Assembly: GCA_040954595.2 (NCBI GenBank)
Contig: CM082578.2
Coordinates: 4,012,831 to 4,076,830 of the forward strand
Reading direction: 5' to 3'
DNA from: Balanoglossus misakiensis
Lineage: Eukaryota; Animalia; Hemichordata
Length of the DNA stretch: 64,000 nucleotides
This document shows positions 36,082-48,840 of the stretch, in pieces. The notes below the pieces were generated by a model. It was not told the origin of the DNA, searched no databases, and was given only the letters and a program-made list of their open reading frames with translations. The position numbers and the translations under genes were made by a program. The first letter of the stretch is position 1; each line of letters starts with the position of its first letter.

Positions 36082-38524
36082 TTACCTTCTGACCGGGACA
36101 TGACCACGCAGTACCCCAATGATGACAACTGCTGTCATCAGCAGCGTGTATGTGTTGGCAGCCGGAAGCATAAGAGCAGTAATCCCATAGACAGTGTGGC
36201 ACAAGCAATGCATGTATAGGCGGTTTTCGGCTATACCGGCACAATCGATGATTATTCCAGCAGCGATGCAGGTCATGCTCATTGCAACACCTATGACTGA
36301 CATTAGAAAGGCCACTTTCACTTCAGCTATGCCCATTCTGACGGCTTTATCCACTAAATGGGTCAGGACAATACTTTGTCCCATTAATACCAAGAATATG
36401 TAAAGCATTAGTAGTCGTATCCGTGGAATATCTTTACATAAAGTAAACAAGAAACATTGCATCCAATTTGTCTTTGCTGCTCCGGTCGGTGACTTTGCTA
36501 TGTTTACTTTCATGTTTGGAGGGCATTGGTCATGTTCATCACTCAAGTTGGTGTTTCTGGTTGTAGTTTCGCGGCACTGAATACTAACACTTTCCCGGAG
36601 TGGTATCGCTGACTGAGTTTCTCTTCTTCTATGAAATTTTAATTTGACATTGGCGCACGTACTCTTGCTACTTGAATTACGATGATTTATTTCATTTCCA
36701 CCATCACAACCACCATCCTTACCAACGTCGCCATCATCCTCCTCCTCCTCCTCCTCCTCCTCATCATCATCATCATCATCATCTTTACTGATAACATTGA
36801 TTTCGGCAAAAACATTCGTGTTTTCTGCACTGGAGTCTAACGCCAGATGTATTGGTCTAAGCAGTGCTACACAAACACATAGATTGGCCGCCATTCCCGA
36901 CAGTACCATCAAAGCCCCTCGCCAACCATATTTTTCAATAAAGATTGCGCAGAGTGGAGGAATAGCAAAATATCCCAACCCGGTTCCAGCGAATATAGTC
37001 CCGTTTGCTGTGCTGACACGTTTATTGAAATATTCACCGAGAGTTACAAAAGATACTACCTGATATATCCCATACGATGCACCTGACGATAAAAGTATAA
37101 ATAAATATTATTTGAGAATGGTGTGGCAGTTGCTCAAGGCCAACGGATGACAAGATTTCTCATTCTCGTTGTTGTGTATTCAGCTGTACTAATACTGGTG
37201 CACATGCAACATTCGTAGATGCAACAATATGTGTAAAGATATAATAATGGTAAGTGAAGTACAATTCGCTGCTCATTGGACACGTTACTTTTGTGCGAAA
37301 TGAGACAGCATTGGTTCAGTTTCTTGGTCATTCGCACACTGTATTGCCAAAATTAGTTAAATGATGCAAAAATCATTAATATTGAGTTTCCTAGATACGG
37401 TGACGAAAAAATTGTTAAATGTTGGGCCAATGCCTACAAGTTGCCTTATTTGCGTTTGTGAATTTCACCATGAAAACAGTTTTATATACATAATTACACA
37501 ATAGACTGTGGCTATATTTTCCAGCCTGCAAAGAATTTGTTGATTGCTTTGATGCTGAATAATACTTATGGATATATTATGAAATTAGCTTGGAGTCCGG
37601 GTTGCCCGTGGCTCAGTTAGAGGAAAGTGTTACAAGTATGGAGTTCTCGATTACCTGTGACTCCAAGACTGAGACAAAGATTTATGGGACTTGTTGCAGA
37701 CGCACTTGCGATAAAGGAAACGTAGGACAACACACCACCAACCATTGCGACACGTCGGTCGCTGTATCTCTTGCAAAGAAAGCCAGCAAAAGGAGCTGTA
37801 TACAATCGAAAGACATAAATGACCATAATATCTGCCTGAAAAATTCTACACCTTATAATTACAGTACTCTGTCAGCGCGTCCACTTTATTTTGTTAAGAT
37901 CTTTGTTTCATTTTACAGGATTGGGTTCGTCACACTGTTGGATGCTTTGAAATTATCATATTTTGCAAGTAAACCACACGATTTGTGCCAAGAATGTTTT
38001 AACAGAAGAAGCCACGGGGATGTACTGATCAGATTTTGTCGTTCCATAACTTGGTAGCCATTTCTAATACCTATATTGGTGAGATATGTTTTTCCATGGA
38101 GTTCTGAGTCCACACATGAGCTTTCATATTTAAAAGTCTTATCAGATTGTTATGCAGCAAAACAGAGTTACATCTGAGGCTGGACACCATAACATCAGAT
38201 GCAATAGTACTGAACAGTTGTCTTGTAATAAATGAATGTTGCGAGAACAGTAAATAAACATATAAAAGTCTGCGTACCTATCACATTAGTAGCTGCCGCG
38301 TGTGTAGATATGATCCACGAAGTTGTAGTGACAGTCGAATCGAAATTATGCAGAAAACTAACAAATAGTACCGCCATGGAACTACTTATACCACGCATGA
38401 TAATTAAAGACAGCAAATTTGCAGCCATAACTACCCATGCCCAGCCAACATCCTGTGATTGTTCTAATCGCCGTGTCTTCGCTTCTCCGCCCGGGAGCCG
38501 TGTGATTTCACCGACAGACGCCAT
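36082..38524 (-). CDS. Monocarboxylate transporter (SLC16/MFS) gene: exons 38524-38278, 37795-37655, 37082-~36085; final TM helices not found
   Basis: QDVGWAWVV (SLC16 D.GWGWVV motif), PFAGFLCKRYSDRRVAMVGG, EYFNKRVSTANG..AGTGLG, KYGWRGALMVL..NLCVCVALLRP, acidic loop; both GT-AG introns are phase 1 and in frame. Confidence 0.85.
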
Positions 38525-40019
38525 TTCTTTATGATGGGGTATTCAGATGTTGGTGGTCTAAGTTCCAATGTCCAGACTATTCTCCTTCAAGAGTTGACGT
38601 GAAGTGGGTGCTTCTCATTGGTTAATTCTTCGGCAACTCACGTTTCCAAATAGTGCACATCAGGTTCATAACAAAAAGTTTATAGTCAGGTTCACACAGG
38701 GAAAAATTTGAGACACTGTTTGCCTATGGTAAACACAGAGCATTAATCCTTTATGTCGCGTTGTGTCCACACACACAACGTTTATGTATAGGCGCTGAGG
38801 CTCGGCCCCATAGACAATGGGTTGCGGAGAGGTGTTAATCCATACACCGGCTCAGATCTGGCTGGCAAAGCCGTATCGAATCTAAGCCGTTTCAGAACCA
38901 CTATGCACTGTCTGCACGTGTTTTTAAGCTGGTATCTGATCTGAGACGCTTCAGAACCGTCTTAATGGTGAATGTGTGTGACCCCCATAGAACTCAGCAA
39001 TTAGCCATGTAAGCATTGTATCAATGCCTTCCTTGAAACGAACTGGGCCACTGAAGGATTATTCAGTCAGAGTTATCAGTAATAGTTAACAGGTAATGAA
39101 TATGTCACTATCGCCGAATTGTTCTTTAACGGGTACTTAAAATGGGGGCGTTGCAGTTGCATTATCGAACGTAAACAGTATTGACGACTGACCGTGTGAT
39201 CGGCTTCAAGCAATCAGTTGTGCTGTCATGCAAGTAGTCATAAATATCCACGCAGTGTCAACCAAAGGTCACTTATACAAGGTCGACAAGATCACACGAT
39301 AACATTCAAACCAACAACAATTTGCTTAGCGCTATGTACTGTAACCAATATTGGTAACTTTTGTATTAAAATAATAAATAATAGAGTCAAAAATAGTCGT
39401 ACTTTAAAATTTCGATCAAAACAATAACACCGCTAGTTCCGATCATTGGGTCCTATGGTAATGTATTGGAGATCATTTACTTCCAAGTGCCAGGTCATCC
39501 TTTCAGCAAATTAGTAATTGAATAAGTTATTTCAAATTGGCCATATTTACGACATTTAATTTAATGCGGCTTGTGTGAGAAATACAATCCAATGTCCTTT
39601 GGAGTGTGATATTCTATTAATCCACGGCTATAGAAGTTGGCTGCTTTGGTAGCTAACCTCCATTCCTTTGTTGGCCGAAAGCTACCTTTTGATCAGTTTG
39701 CCTTACTCACGCACCTAAACAGCAAAAAGTATGGCTATGAATTTTGTTCAATTCAATGCAAGCTGCAGCTGTCCAAAATATCTGCAAAGATTGGAAACAG
39801 TATTTACAAGGGCGGATCGAAGGGGTCATGTACATAAAAATCCTTTCATAAAAGAAAATCCTTTGGGGATGAATGACAGCTAGGCCTCAAATTGTTGTTA
39901 AAATGGCATGTTGTGCAGTTAAAAGCTGCAGAACAGAACTGATGTGACTGTTATCGAGAGACCAACTTTTCTCATGAAATTAAAACTCATATTATAACAT
40001 ATGTAGTACAAGCATTGAT

Positions 40020-40620
40020 TATATGCATTGTGCAAAGCTAGTTGTTACCAAATTTCTTCTCATACTTTGGTTCTCATCATCATGCACTTTCAGCTCACAC
40101 CTTTTATCAACATTTGTTGATTTGACTGATAATTGCCTGAAAAAATCAACCTACCTATATATTACCAGCTTACCAAGGTCAATTAATGAGCATTTGAAAT
40201 ATTGGAAAGCTTCTGAACTGCGAGCATGGCTATTTTTCTATTCTCTGCCCATACTTGTTGACATAAGGTCTGAATTTTCCTTGTAACATAACTTACTATT
40301 CCGAAGCAGCTGGTCTGGCTTCTTTCTCAAAATTCTGTTTCTGAAGATGATTTGAACCAAAGTCAACGGTTAAGTACTTTGATTAAATGCTTAAGCCCTT
40401 GTATGGCAGCAGATAGTTGACCCTCAATGTACACTCCCAGCTGCATTTACCAAAGTGTGTTAAAGACCGAGAGCCATTATGGGCACATTCCTGTGTTCCC
40501 TTTTGAAGACGCAAATAGAGAACTCTTAAAACTATTTCACTGTACACAAGCCATGGATATTCAAATCAAATGTTCTGTCAGCAGTATTCATATGTTGCCA
40601 TGCCAATACGTGCTGAATCA
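40020..40620 (+). pseudogene. EnSpm/CACTA-type transposase fragment
   Basis: LPRSINEHLKYWKASELRAWLFFYSLPIL and NVHSQLHL..PLWAHSC..FEDAN across frameshifts. Confidence 0.7.
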
Positions 40621-40627
40621 CATGCTA

Positions 40628-40855
40628 GTGTTTTGGAGAAGGCAGTTGCAGCTGAGCTTCATCGGCATCTGAAAGCAAACAGCTTGTATACAAAGATGCA
40701 GTCTGCATATCGTAAACATCATAGTACGGAAAAGGCAATTGTTCGCGTTTATAAAATTCTTCGAGCCATGAATGGACAACAAGAAGTCATCCTTGTACTT
40801 TTAGACCTAATCTTCTGCATTTGAAACAATTGACCACCAAATTTTACTTGATTAG
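40628..40855 (+). pseudogene. L2 LINE RT fragment
   Basis: LEKAV..QSAYRKHHSTEKA..ILVLLDL. Confidence 0.75.
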
Positions 40856-41117
40856 ACCATGAGCCAGTATAGGTTTACCTCCCCACGGGAGAATTTTTGA
40901 GACAATGTTTTTCTGAAAGCCCATCATATACTGAGTAAAATTCACTTTTTTGCCATCTGGGCACCGGGGCGTTTTCGAGTTATTGGCTTCTAAATTATAT
41001 TGGGTAACGTATGCAGAAAACCCTAAAAGTGCATATAAATTGACGTGGGGGGCAAAATTACAATTTCAGAAAATGCTAGAGCCACCAGTTATACGGACTC
41101 TTGATTGTAGGATCTTC

Positions 41118-41382
41118 TAGTGTTGTGCCCTTGAGCAAGGCACTTTACTTCTCATTACTTCTCCCCACCCAGGAGGAATGGGTACCGGGTAGGACAGAGA
41201 TTGCAATGTGTGTGTTTAGCTCTGCTGTGCTTATGGCTGCACATGTGTGCTGTTGTTTGCTCTCTGCGGAGTTAAATGGAATTAATTCAAGTCTAATGAC
41301 TACGGGTAATAATTGTTATAAAGCGCCTTGAGCACAAAACATTGTGGGTATGTGCTCTGTATAAGAACTATTATTATTATAT
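41118..41382 (+). mobile_element. 5'-truncated SINE (conserved core plus L2-like tail)
   Basis: gttgtgcccttgagcaaggcacttta core; aaagcgccttgag...tataagaactattattatt tail. Confidence 0.6.
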
Positions 41383-42433
41383 TTATTAACTTTTATTTTT
41401 TTTAATACTTTGACGAAATTTTGGCGTGGGGAGGTTCACCTATTTTTTTTACCACGGAACACACTCAAAACCAGCATCTCTCTTGTTTGAAACATACCCT
41501 TTTATATATAAACGTACATCATCAAAGTCATTATAAAATCCTAACTGAAAACTAGTAAAACTGTAATTTTGCTTCAGCAAAATTGTGACGATATATATCT
41601 TTCCATAAACCGTCTTATCTGAATTAGTGTATCTTTCCCAATTAGCCTTGTCAACAAATCATTGCTCCGATTTTCAGATAACTTTAGACTAGTATTTCAC
41701 AATAACAGAAGCGTTTTTCAGTTCATACGGTATAGCCATTGATCTGTGTACTCTGGAAGCCATTGTGATCATTTGGGATTCATTTGAGAGTCGTAAACTG
41801 CAAACAATTCCAAATTCGCCGGCTCGACTTGTTACCCAGGAAGAAAAGAAGTGACCATATCACTCGAATCGTTCGTGACATTCATTGGCTCTCTGTTGAG
41901 CATCTAATCGAATTCAAACTTCTTTGAATCAGTTTCAAAGTTCTACGCGGTCTTGCATCAGTACATGCAGTAAGCTTACAGGATGCACGGTCGCATTCAA
42001 AAATGGTGATATAAATTAACATCAACCCATCAGTACGTCACACTGCCTTTTTATGGTGACAGGGCCTTTTCCGTCTGCCAGGTGAACCTATATAGGTAGT
42101 GGAATGGCAAGTACTGTTACTACTTCTACATTTGATGATTTTGAAGAAGGGTTAATAAAACCTACCTTATAAAATCATCTTATACGTAATTGCCCGTTTG
42201 TTGACCTTTATTTAACCACACTTTTGATTTTTTTTTCTCTTTTCTTCACTGTTGTCACTTTTAGTTTTTACTTTATTGTAAAGCGCATTGAGATAACTTA
42301 TTATGTAAAGCGCTAAGAAATAAAATTATTAATAAAATAAAATATTAAATAGATAGTCAAGGTTGTAACACTATAGCAGTTCGGTAAAAGTTACTATTAT
42401 TAAGGCTTTTAAGGCGGCTTCGCTAATCAACAG

Positions 42434-42517
42434 AAGAAAATGGACACAGATCGTTGTAAAAAGCGTGTGATACATAAGAAAATGGACACAGATCGTTGTA
42501 AAAAGCGTGTGATACAT
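42434..42517 (+). repeat. Perfect 42-bp tandem duplication
   Basis: aagaaaatggacacagatcgttgtaaaaagcgtgtgatacat x2. Confidence 0.95.
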
Positions 42518-43039
42518 AACCTGACTGTAAAGGTCATTGCAGGAGTTGCCTGATCAGTGTGCAGTTCCAGGTTTGACACAATACATCACTAACCAGTTTT
42601 ACATGGGTTCAAATAATAGAAAACCATTATGATTGATTAAAGTTTTCTATATTGTGTAATGCTGTAATACCAAATAATCCAACATGACGTCACCAGCTTT
42701 TACTGCTTAATGTATACTAAGGTGAGCATATCGAAGGGAATTTTAATTGAGAAACAATGTTTAACGCATGATTTTGAAAGTAATGCACTGCTTTTTAACC
42801 ATGAATCAACGCGCAGTGGCCTGCCATTATTCGCAAATGTTTTGATGGAGAACAGTATATCGAGTTTGACATTTACATGTATCCCACGCGTAGATTACAA
42901 AGATAGTCATTTTGGAATATAGGTCATTGATAAATTAAAGCCTCAAGAGCTACCACTTTTTGCATTATCTTCAGGATTTTATTTTCCAACTTAAATTGGT
43001 CCATCTAAATAAGCTTACTGATAAGTATACATGACCGCC

Positions 43040-43931
43040 TTATCGATACCCGATTTTGGATGTATGCAGCGATTTGAAAACGCTTTGTATTAAAACTGTG
43101 TCTCACCAATTTGATCAGCCTCCATACAAACAGTACACTCAGCTATATATCGTGGTATATGTCGCGAAGAGATGACAAACTGATGCAATTGTAAGTGATA
43201 TGGTAAGGATTTTAGAGGATATATATCTGAAGTGTTTTACTGTTGAAAAATATTTGTGAAATTTTCTAGGCAGCTATAGGGGCTTGAAAACATTTGCTCG
43301 AACCTCTCCATCACAGACTTCAACTACTCTAGTGTCACGAGAATACCGCATAGTTCCTGCAATTTCGGGACAGCAGACCACGTCAGTCAGTTCAGGTAAA
43401 TGTCCATTCCATGGGCATGGATGCTGTGTCTGATTTAATTATTGAAGAAACGAACGATATAACAAAACATTTTTCGCACTTGACTGCATCGCACATATAC
43501 CCTTTCTCCCATCTTCATCGGTTCTGGTTATTTCATTATTATATGGATATGAACTTTGTGCAGCTATTTATATCAGAGAAATATTTCTCCCATAACATAG
43601 CTGTATACTCCTTAACATTTCCAAATAATAATGGTCTGTAAATATACTTGCTCATCCCATTCTCAACACACATTCTACCGTGGGAAATCTTAACCCAGCT
43701 AAGGAGTCTTGATATAATAGTGAACGCCGGTAGTCAAATGTAAGTTCAGCCAGCCACCACGTAAAATTCTTCATGCTGATTTAGGATGGAATTTCTGGCG
43801 TTCTCACAACCCCTATCCAATACTAAATTAATGTTCTGACACATGCATAGATGTTTGTCATTTTTTGAACGTTTTGCAGGTGTCACCAAAGTTCGACCTC
43901 AATTCTTCCCTTTGTCTGTGTAGTCACCTAG
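43040..43931 (+). pseudogene. Degenerate C-type lectin gene (3' exons; terminal exon 43880-43931)
   Basis: RFWMYAAI resembles KIWIDATI of 55972-56251; exon ~43270-43395 (in-frame stop) splices in phase 2 to CHQSSTSILPFVCVVT*. Confidence 0.45.
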
Positions 43932-45355
43932 GAATGATGGGAATCGTTTCATCTGATTGACGATGCTACGATTAGCACAGGGGCGTCCGGCTGTCCTAAG
44001 ATATAACAATACCAATCACAGGTTATGGTTTACTGTTCAAATGTTTCAATTATTTTAGATGTCTATTTCGATACACATCATTGAAAGCAACCGAATGCTT
44101 TTTGTGCCAAATTGTAGGGCGCAGATATGTTTTGTATACATGGTTCTTTATTGACTCAAGCTATGAAAAATGGAATAGTCTTATAGTGAGACAAGCTATG
44201 AGAACAAGTGAAGTGGGAATAGAGGCGCTCTGATGATGACTGTTATACAAGGCACTCAATGTATTCTTGTAAGATGCTTATAAATATATATATTGCTTGA
44301 TCGGTGGGGAAGGGTACAATGCATTTGACAATTTTGCATTCCTCACATAGTGGGAGACGATCGACTTTTGGAATGTTGATATGGGAGGCTTTGTCGTATT
44401 TGGGTAAATTTTGCAGATACTTTTGTACCAATGTGCTGAATTCATATTTGCATATTTCTTCACCAACATATCTCGCAGCAGAAGTAAGTCAATATCTGAA
44501 TAATGCAAATGTTAAAAGTGGGTGACATGTATTTCTATAGCTACAAAGTTTGAGGAAAAGAAATGTGACCATAAATAAATTAAAACCACTCTCTCAGTAT
44601 CTACCCCGGAGCCCCTTACCGGTTGGTTAACCTCTGGGAACCGTGCATTGTAGCGTCATTGGTGTGGACAATGCACGTAAAGCAAGGCATTAAATATGGA
44701 TATCACATGTACACTCAAGAAAAATGTATATTTGCATGACAATAAGCCGGAATTCCATTAGTTGGGTAAAATAGATGTTTTATACATAATCCCCATTGGT
44801 TATGACAGGAACACTTTAATGATTAATTCCCCTGTATTCAATTTATTCGTTTACCGCACGTCACAATTCTATTCATTCCTTCCTTTTCATTTTGTGACTG
44901 TAATAAATACATAAGTAGTAATTTCCCGCATTGCATGCTGTACTGGTGCATACTTAATTAAGTAGGGAAAACAAATCGCATACATGATTCATCGCTAGAC
45001 ACAAGTTTGCTATTTGCATGTCACTCCACATGTGGTTAAAGGTCTCCGGCCATAGCAATTCAGCCCTGCCAATTAATTCAGCCAATCTTTTGTAGATCAT
45101 GGTGACCTGTGACCTGAGTTGCTGCGGTTTGAGTCCTTTTGGCATACAAATAGAATTTCGAAAATGAAGACCAAAATGACAGACACAAGTCTGGATTCTA
45201 GACTACCATGTCATAGACCCCTATGCAGTGTGCATTCAAGGTCTCGCTGTACTGTCATGATATAGGGCCTTCATTCTATCACCTGATCTTTACGCCATTG
45301 TGAGGTCACGGTGATCAAGTTTAATATTTCGTGATCGGCGCTGGTGTTAGGTTGA

Positions 45356-45691
45356 ATATTCCGAATAACAAATTTACCGAAACTTGCTCTGGCCGTCAGA
45401 CGGTGGTCGACAGTGGCACCGTTCTCCCAAACCAGCAGAAACGCCGATACGACAGACGACATCAAGTCGTTTGAGGACATTCCCCGTCCAAGGAAGAAAC
45501 TCCTCTCGTACATCGATATCTTCCGCAAATACCCCAAGTGGCGCCGTGAGATCTTTGAATCCATGTGGCGGGAAAAATTCGGGATAGTCAATTGTGTTGT
45601 CGTTGCAGATCCCGTCACCGCTGCAGAAGCCGTCACTCGAGCTGTAGGCACATATCAGCGTCGTGTGCCTGCGTGTGCCAATATTATGTAG
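45356..45691 (+). pseudogene. Mitochondrial-clan cytochrome P450 first-exon relic
   Basis: (I)FRITNLPKLALAVRRWSTVA presequence-like segment, KSFEDIPRPR, MWREKFG..VVVADP..RAVGTYQRR; ATA where ATG is expected; no downstream exons. Confidence 0.6.
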
Positions 45692-45778
45692 ATAGTGATC
45701 TCTTTTAACTGACATGTGACAAAACTTGTACATAGTAGTAATTTGGTTATTTTGTTAATACCAATATACCACATTCAT

Positions 45779-45879
45779 TTGCTGCAGTTTTGCAGCCCCT
45801 GCGGCCGGCTCCCCTTGACGACTCCCCGCAAAAACAAAAATATTCCAGGGGAGCCGCAGGGGCTGCAAAACTGCAGCAA
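45779..45879. mobile_element. 101-bp MITE with 27-bp perfect TIRs and 9-bp TSD
   Basis: CACATTCAT|ttgctgcagttttgcagcccctgcggc...gccgcaggggctgcaaaactgcagcaa|CACATTCAT. Confidence 0.9.
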
Positions 45880-46142
45880 CACATTCATATGCTCCATACA
45901 TCCACTGTCATAGGATAGGGTCTTGATCTCCAAAATTTGTTAAATGCAAATCACACGCTTTTGCCAAGTAGCTTTAGAAACATTCTTAATGGTCGCTAGC
46001 AATTGTTCAATCTGATTAAAATCAGATGTAGGGAACGGCGACGTGTTTTTTATGCTGTCGTCTCACACTACATCTGACCAACTGCTACTGAAGCTCCCGT
46101 TGAAATCGCGCATTCAGACCTGGCCAATTCTGGCTGTCTTAA

Positions 46143-46867
46143 GGTGGCATTGCACGAAACCGTCAAGACTTTTTCAGAGGCCTATTTCTCATCAAAGACA
46201 ACATTAAAACCCCTATAAACCATACATATTCTGGAAGCTGAGTTTTTGAACTTTTGTTTGAGTTGCACATTTTATTGACCCCCGGAAATGGTTGCGTTTT
46301 GGGGTTAAAATCATTTTTTTGTATTATGTCATTCAATTGAAATTAGGTAAAAAAGTTGACCATGCATCATGCATCTTAATATGTCATTCGAAACTAGAGT
46401 ACACGTTCAAAACAACGAAAATTTTGTTTTGCGTTATCTGCTTCCATTGAGGAGTAATAGCATTTGTTAGATTTTTTGAAAATTTGATCAAATTCACGAT
46501 GAGTTGTATTGAATCAGAGTTTATTCCCGGCGCCAGGAACACTTTATCGACTAAAAAAAAAACTTTGTTGGATGGGTCATACACAATCCCCTGTTAAAAT
46601 TTCAGCAAATTCGGACAACGCAGAGCGAAGCTAAATTCTTCTGAAGTTGTCAAAAGCAGCGAAAATGCAAATTGAGAAACGAGGCCATTTGCATTGTTGA
46701 CACCTATTTGTTAAGCTGTGGATTCATTCATAAAAGTGCTATTTTGGGTGATTATGCACCATTTCCGCCAAGACGCTGTTGTCATAATGTGGATCAGTAT
46801 TAGACCTTCCGATTTATGTAAAAAAGAAAAGTTTGGCAAAAATCACAACTTTTCATGCAATGCCACC
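46143..46867 (+). mobile_element. 725-bp Kolobok-like MITE
   Basis: TTAA|ggtggcattgcacgaaa...tttcatgcaatgccacc|TTAA. Confidence 0.85.
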
Positions 46868-47651
46868 TTAAATAGGTACGGACATTGGAGGCATCCATCT
46901 TGTTTATGATCACGTGGTCTGCCCAGGTTTCTTGGCATGATATCAGGCCGTACCTGACCCCTTTCCCTTTAGCGTAGCGCAGCCAGCGGGATTGGGGCAG
47001 GGGACCAGACTAATACAAATGATGAACTGTCGCTGATCATTCATAAAATCTCCTAAGAAGTCGTCATGTTCGCCCTCGAAGTCATGCCGCCAGTCGGGAA
47101 AATGACGTGCTTCATGTAAAAGTTAATAAAAAACAATTTCCACTGCCATGCCATGTATCCCAAATCCATTAATGTGACAGGATTTTTAAAATGACGCTAA
47201 CTTCGGCTAAGGAAGGTCAAGTCAGGGCAGTCGGTCGGTACGCGTTTCCGCAGAAATACAAACGATCGTGGCGACAGAATATCACCCTGGGACGGCCTTA
47301 GGCTGCATTCACAAACACCTCTGGGGGGGGGGGGGTTCGAAAAAATGTAGGTTATGTAAGGGGGGATTTGAAATAATTTATGTACTGAAACGTGGGGACT
47401 TGAAAACTTTTCGGACTAAGGGACTGTCCAGAATTTACTTCCAGGGGGGGGGGGCTGGAGGATTTTCAGGGGGGGGCACCTATTTTCCCCAAGAAAAATT
47501 AGGGGGGGGGGTCAGACATAAAAATCACAATCCCTTAGGGGGGGCATGTAAAAAACCCTCACAAACTCAAAATTTGCTCAGAAGTACTGATTTATAAGAA
47601 ACAAACCACCATGGCTACCTGGATGACAGATGAACTCCACAAGTGCATTAA

Positions 47652-48840
47652 AGTGGAACGACACCCACAATTTTGGGCTTCAAAGTACAAACCGGGTGTC
47701 AAAAACGGCAACGTTCCGATGGGTTAATTCACTTTCACTTCCTGCGCAAGCAGAAGACGCGAGTTGAAAATACTACAGTGACGTCAGCAACTTGCGTTGC
47801 AGTCGACGCGCAGCGCTCTTACACGTTTGACGTGTCATTTCCAATAAACAGACACATTTTGCGCGGATCTGACATGGCGAAATGTCAAGTTCATGATTTT
47901 AAAAACATATTCGGAAAATCGACGGGGATAAGTTTCTTTCAAAGGCAATGCTCTACGTGTATTGTATTTGTCGATGCGTGCAGACATAGACCCTGCAATG
48001 TCCACGATGCCATGCATGTCGACGTTTATGAACAAACCAAACCGTAAGGCCTATACAAAGTTGTTCTAACTGCCGCTGATAATAATAAACGTACCGTTTT
48101 AAATCCTTCCTGCACGTTTTTTGGTACACGTGTTTGGGTTTAATTTCCATTTATTGACGATCGCATAGTTATCAAATGAAAGCAACTAAAAGGGGCAGTT
48201 TTAATACATTTCAAGAGACGAAACATGCATAGAATAACTATGGTATTGGCTTCCATTATACTACGGACGTACTACACCTGGAGAGCAGGACGATGCACCT
48301 GCGTTCTTTTCAACTCCATAAAAGGTGACAAAGTATTTTTGTAAGAAAAGTGGTTCGAAAAGGTGACAACGAGGGAGAGACAACGAGGGAGGGTATTGTT
48401 TAATAACAGCATTGTCTGTTTCACCATAGACCCTAGGGTCTATGGTTTCACTGAAACCACACCAAGTGTAAGCCTTGACAAACGGGACCCATCGGAGATC
48501 AGAACTGCATGAACTTTTGTCCTCTGTAAAATTCAGTCGCTTGGTCGTAGAAGGGAATCTCTGGTTCAAAATTGTAGCCTACTACCCGAGAATATGTTGC
48601 CATGCTAACGTCGTCGGTCGCGTGAGTGCAGGCGTGTATAAGCATAAGCTCGCTCCAACGCGTCGGCAGCGGACAACGGTACCACAAGTTGCTGACGTCA
48701 CTCACTTCCGGGTTCGCGCACTTTTTGGCTGGCTGTAGCTCTGTTATGCGTAAGTGAAAGTGAATGAAACCAACGTTTTTCATAGTACTTTTTAATCGCA
48801 TTTCGTAGAATTGGCTCAAAAACGGATCACAACGCTCACT
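47652..48840. mobile_element. 1.19-kb Kolobok-like element nested in MITE Y
   Basis: TTAA|agtg...cact|TTAA; inverted subterminal motifs ttcactttcactt and gtgacgtcagcaacttg; absent from the Y copy at 31507-31880. Confidence 0.7.
48425..48444. mobile_element. 20-bp perfect palindrome with 7-bp TSD (P-element-like footprint)
   Basis: GTTTCAC|catagaccctagggtctatg|GTTTCAC. Confidence 0.8.
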
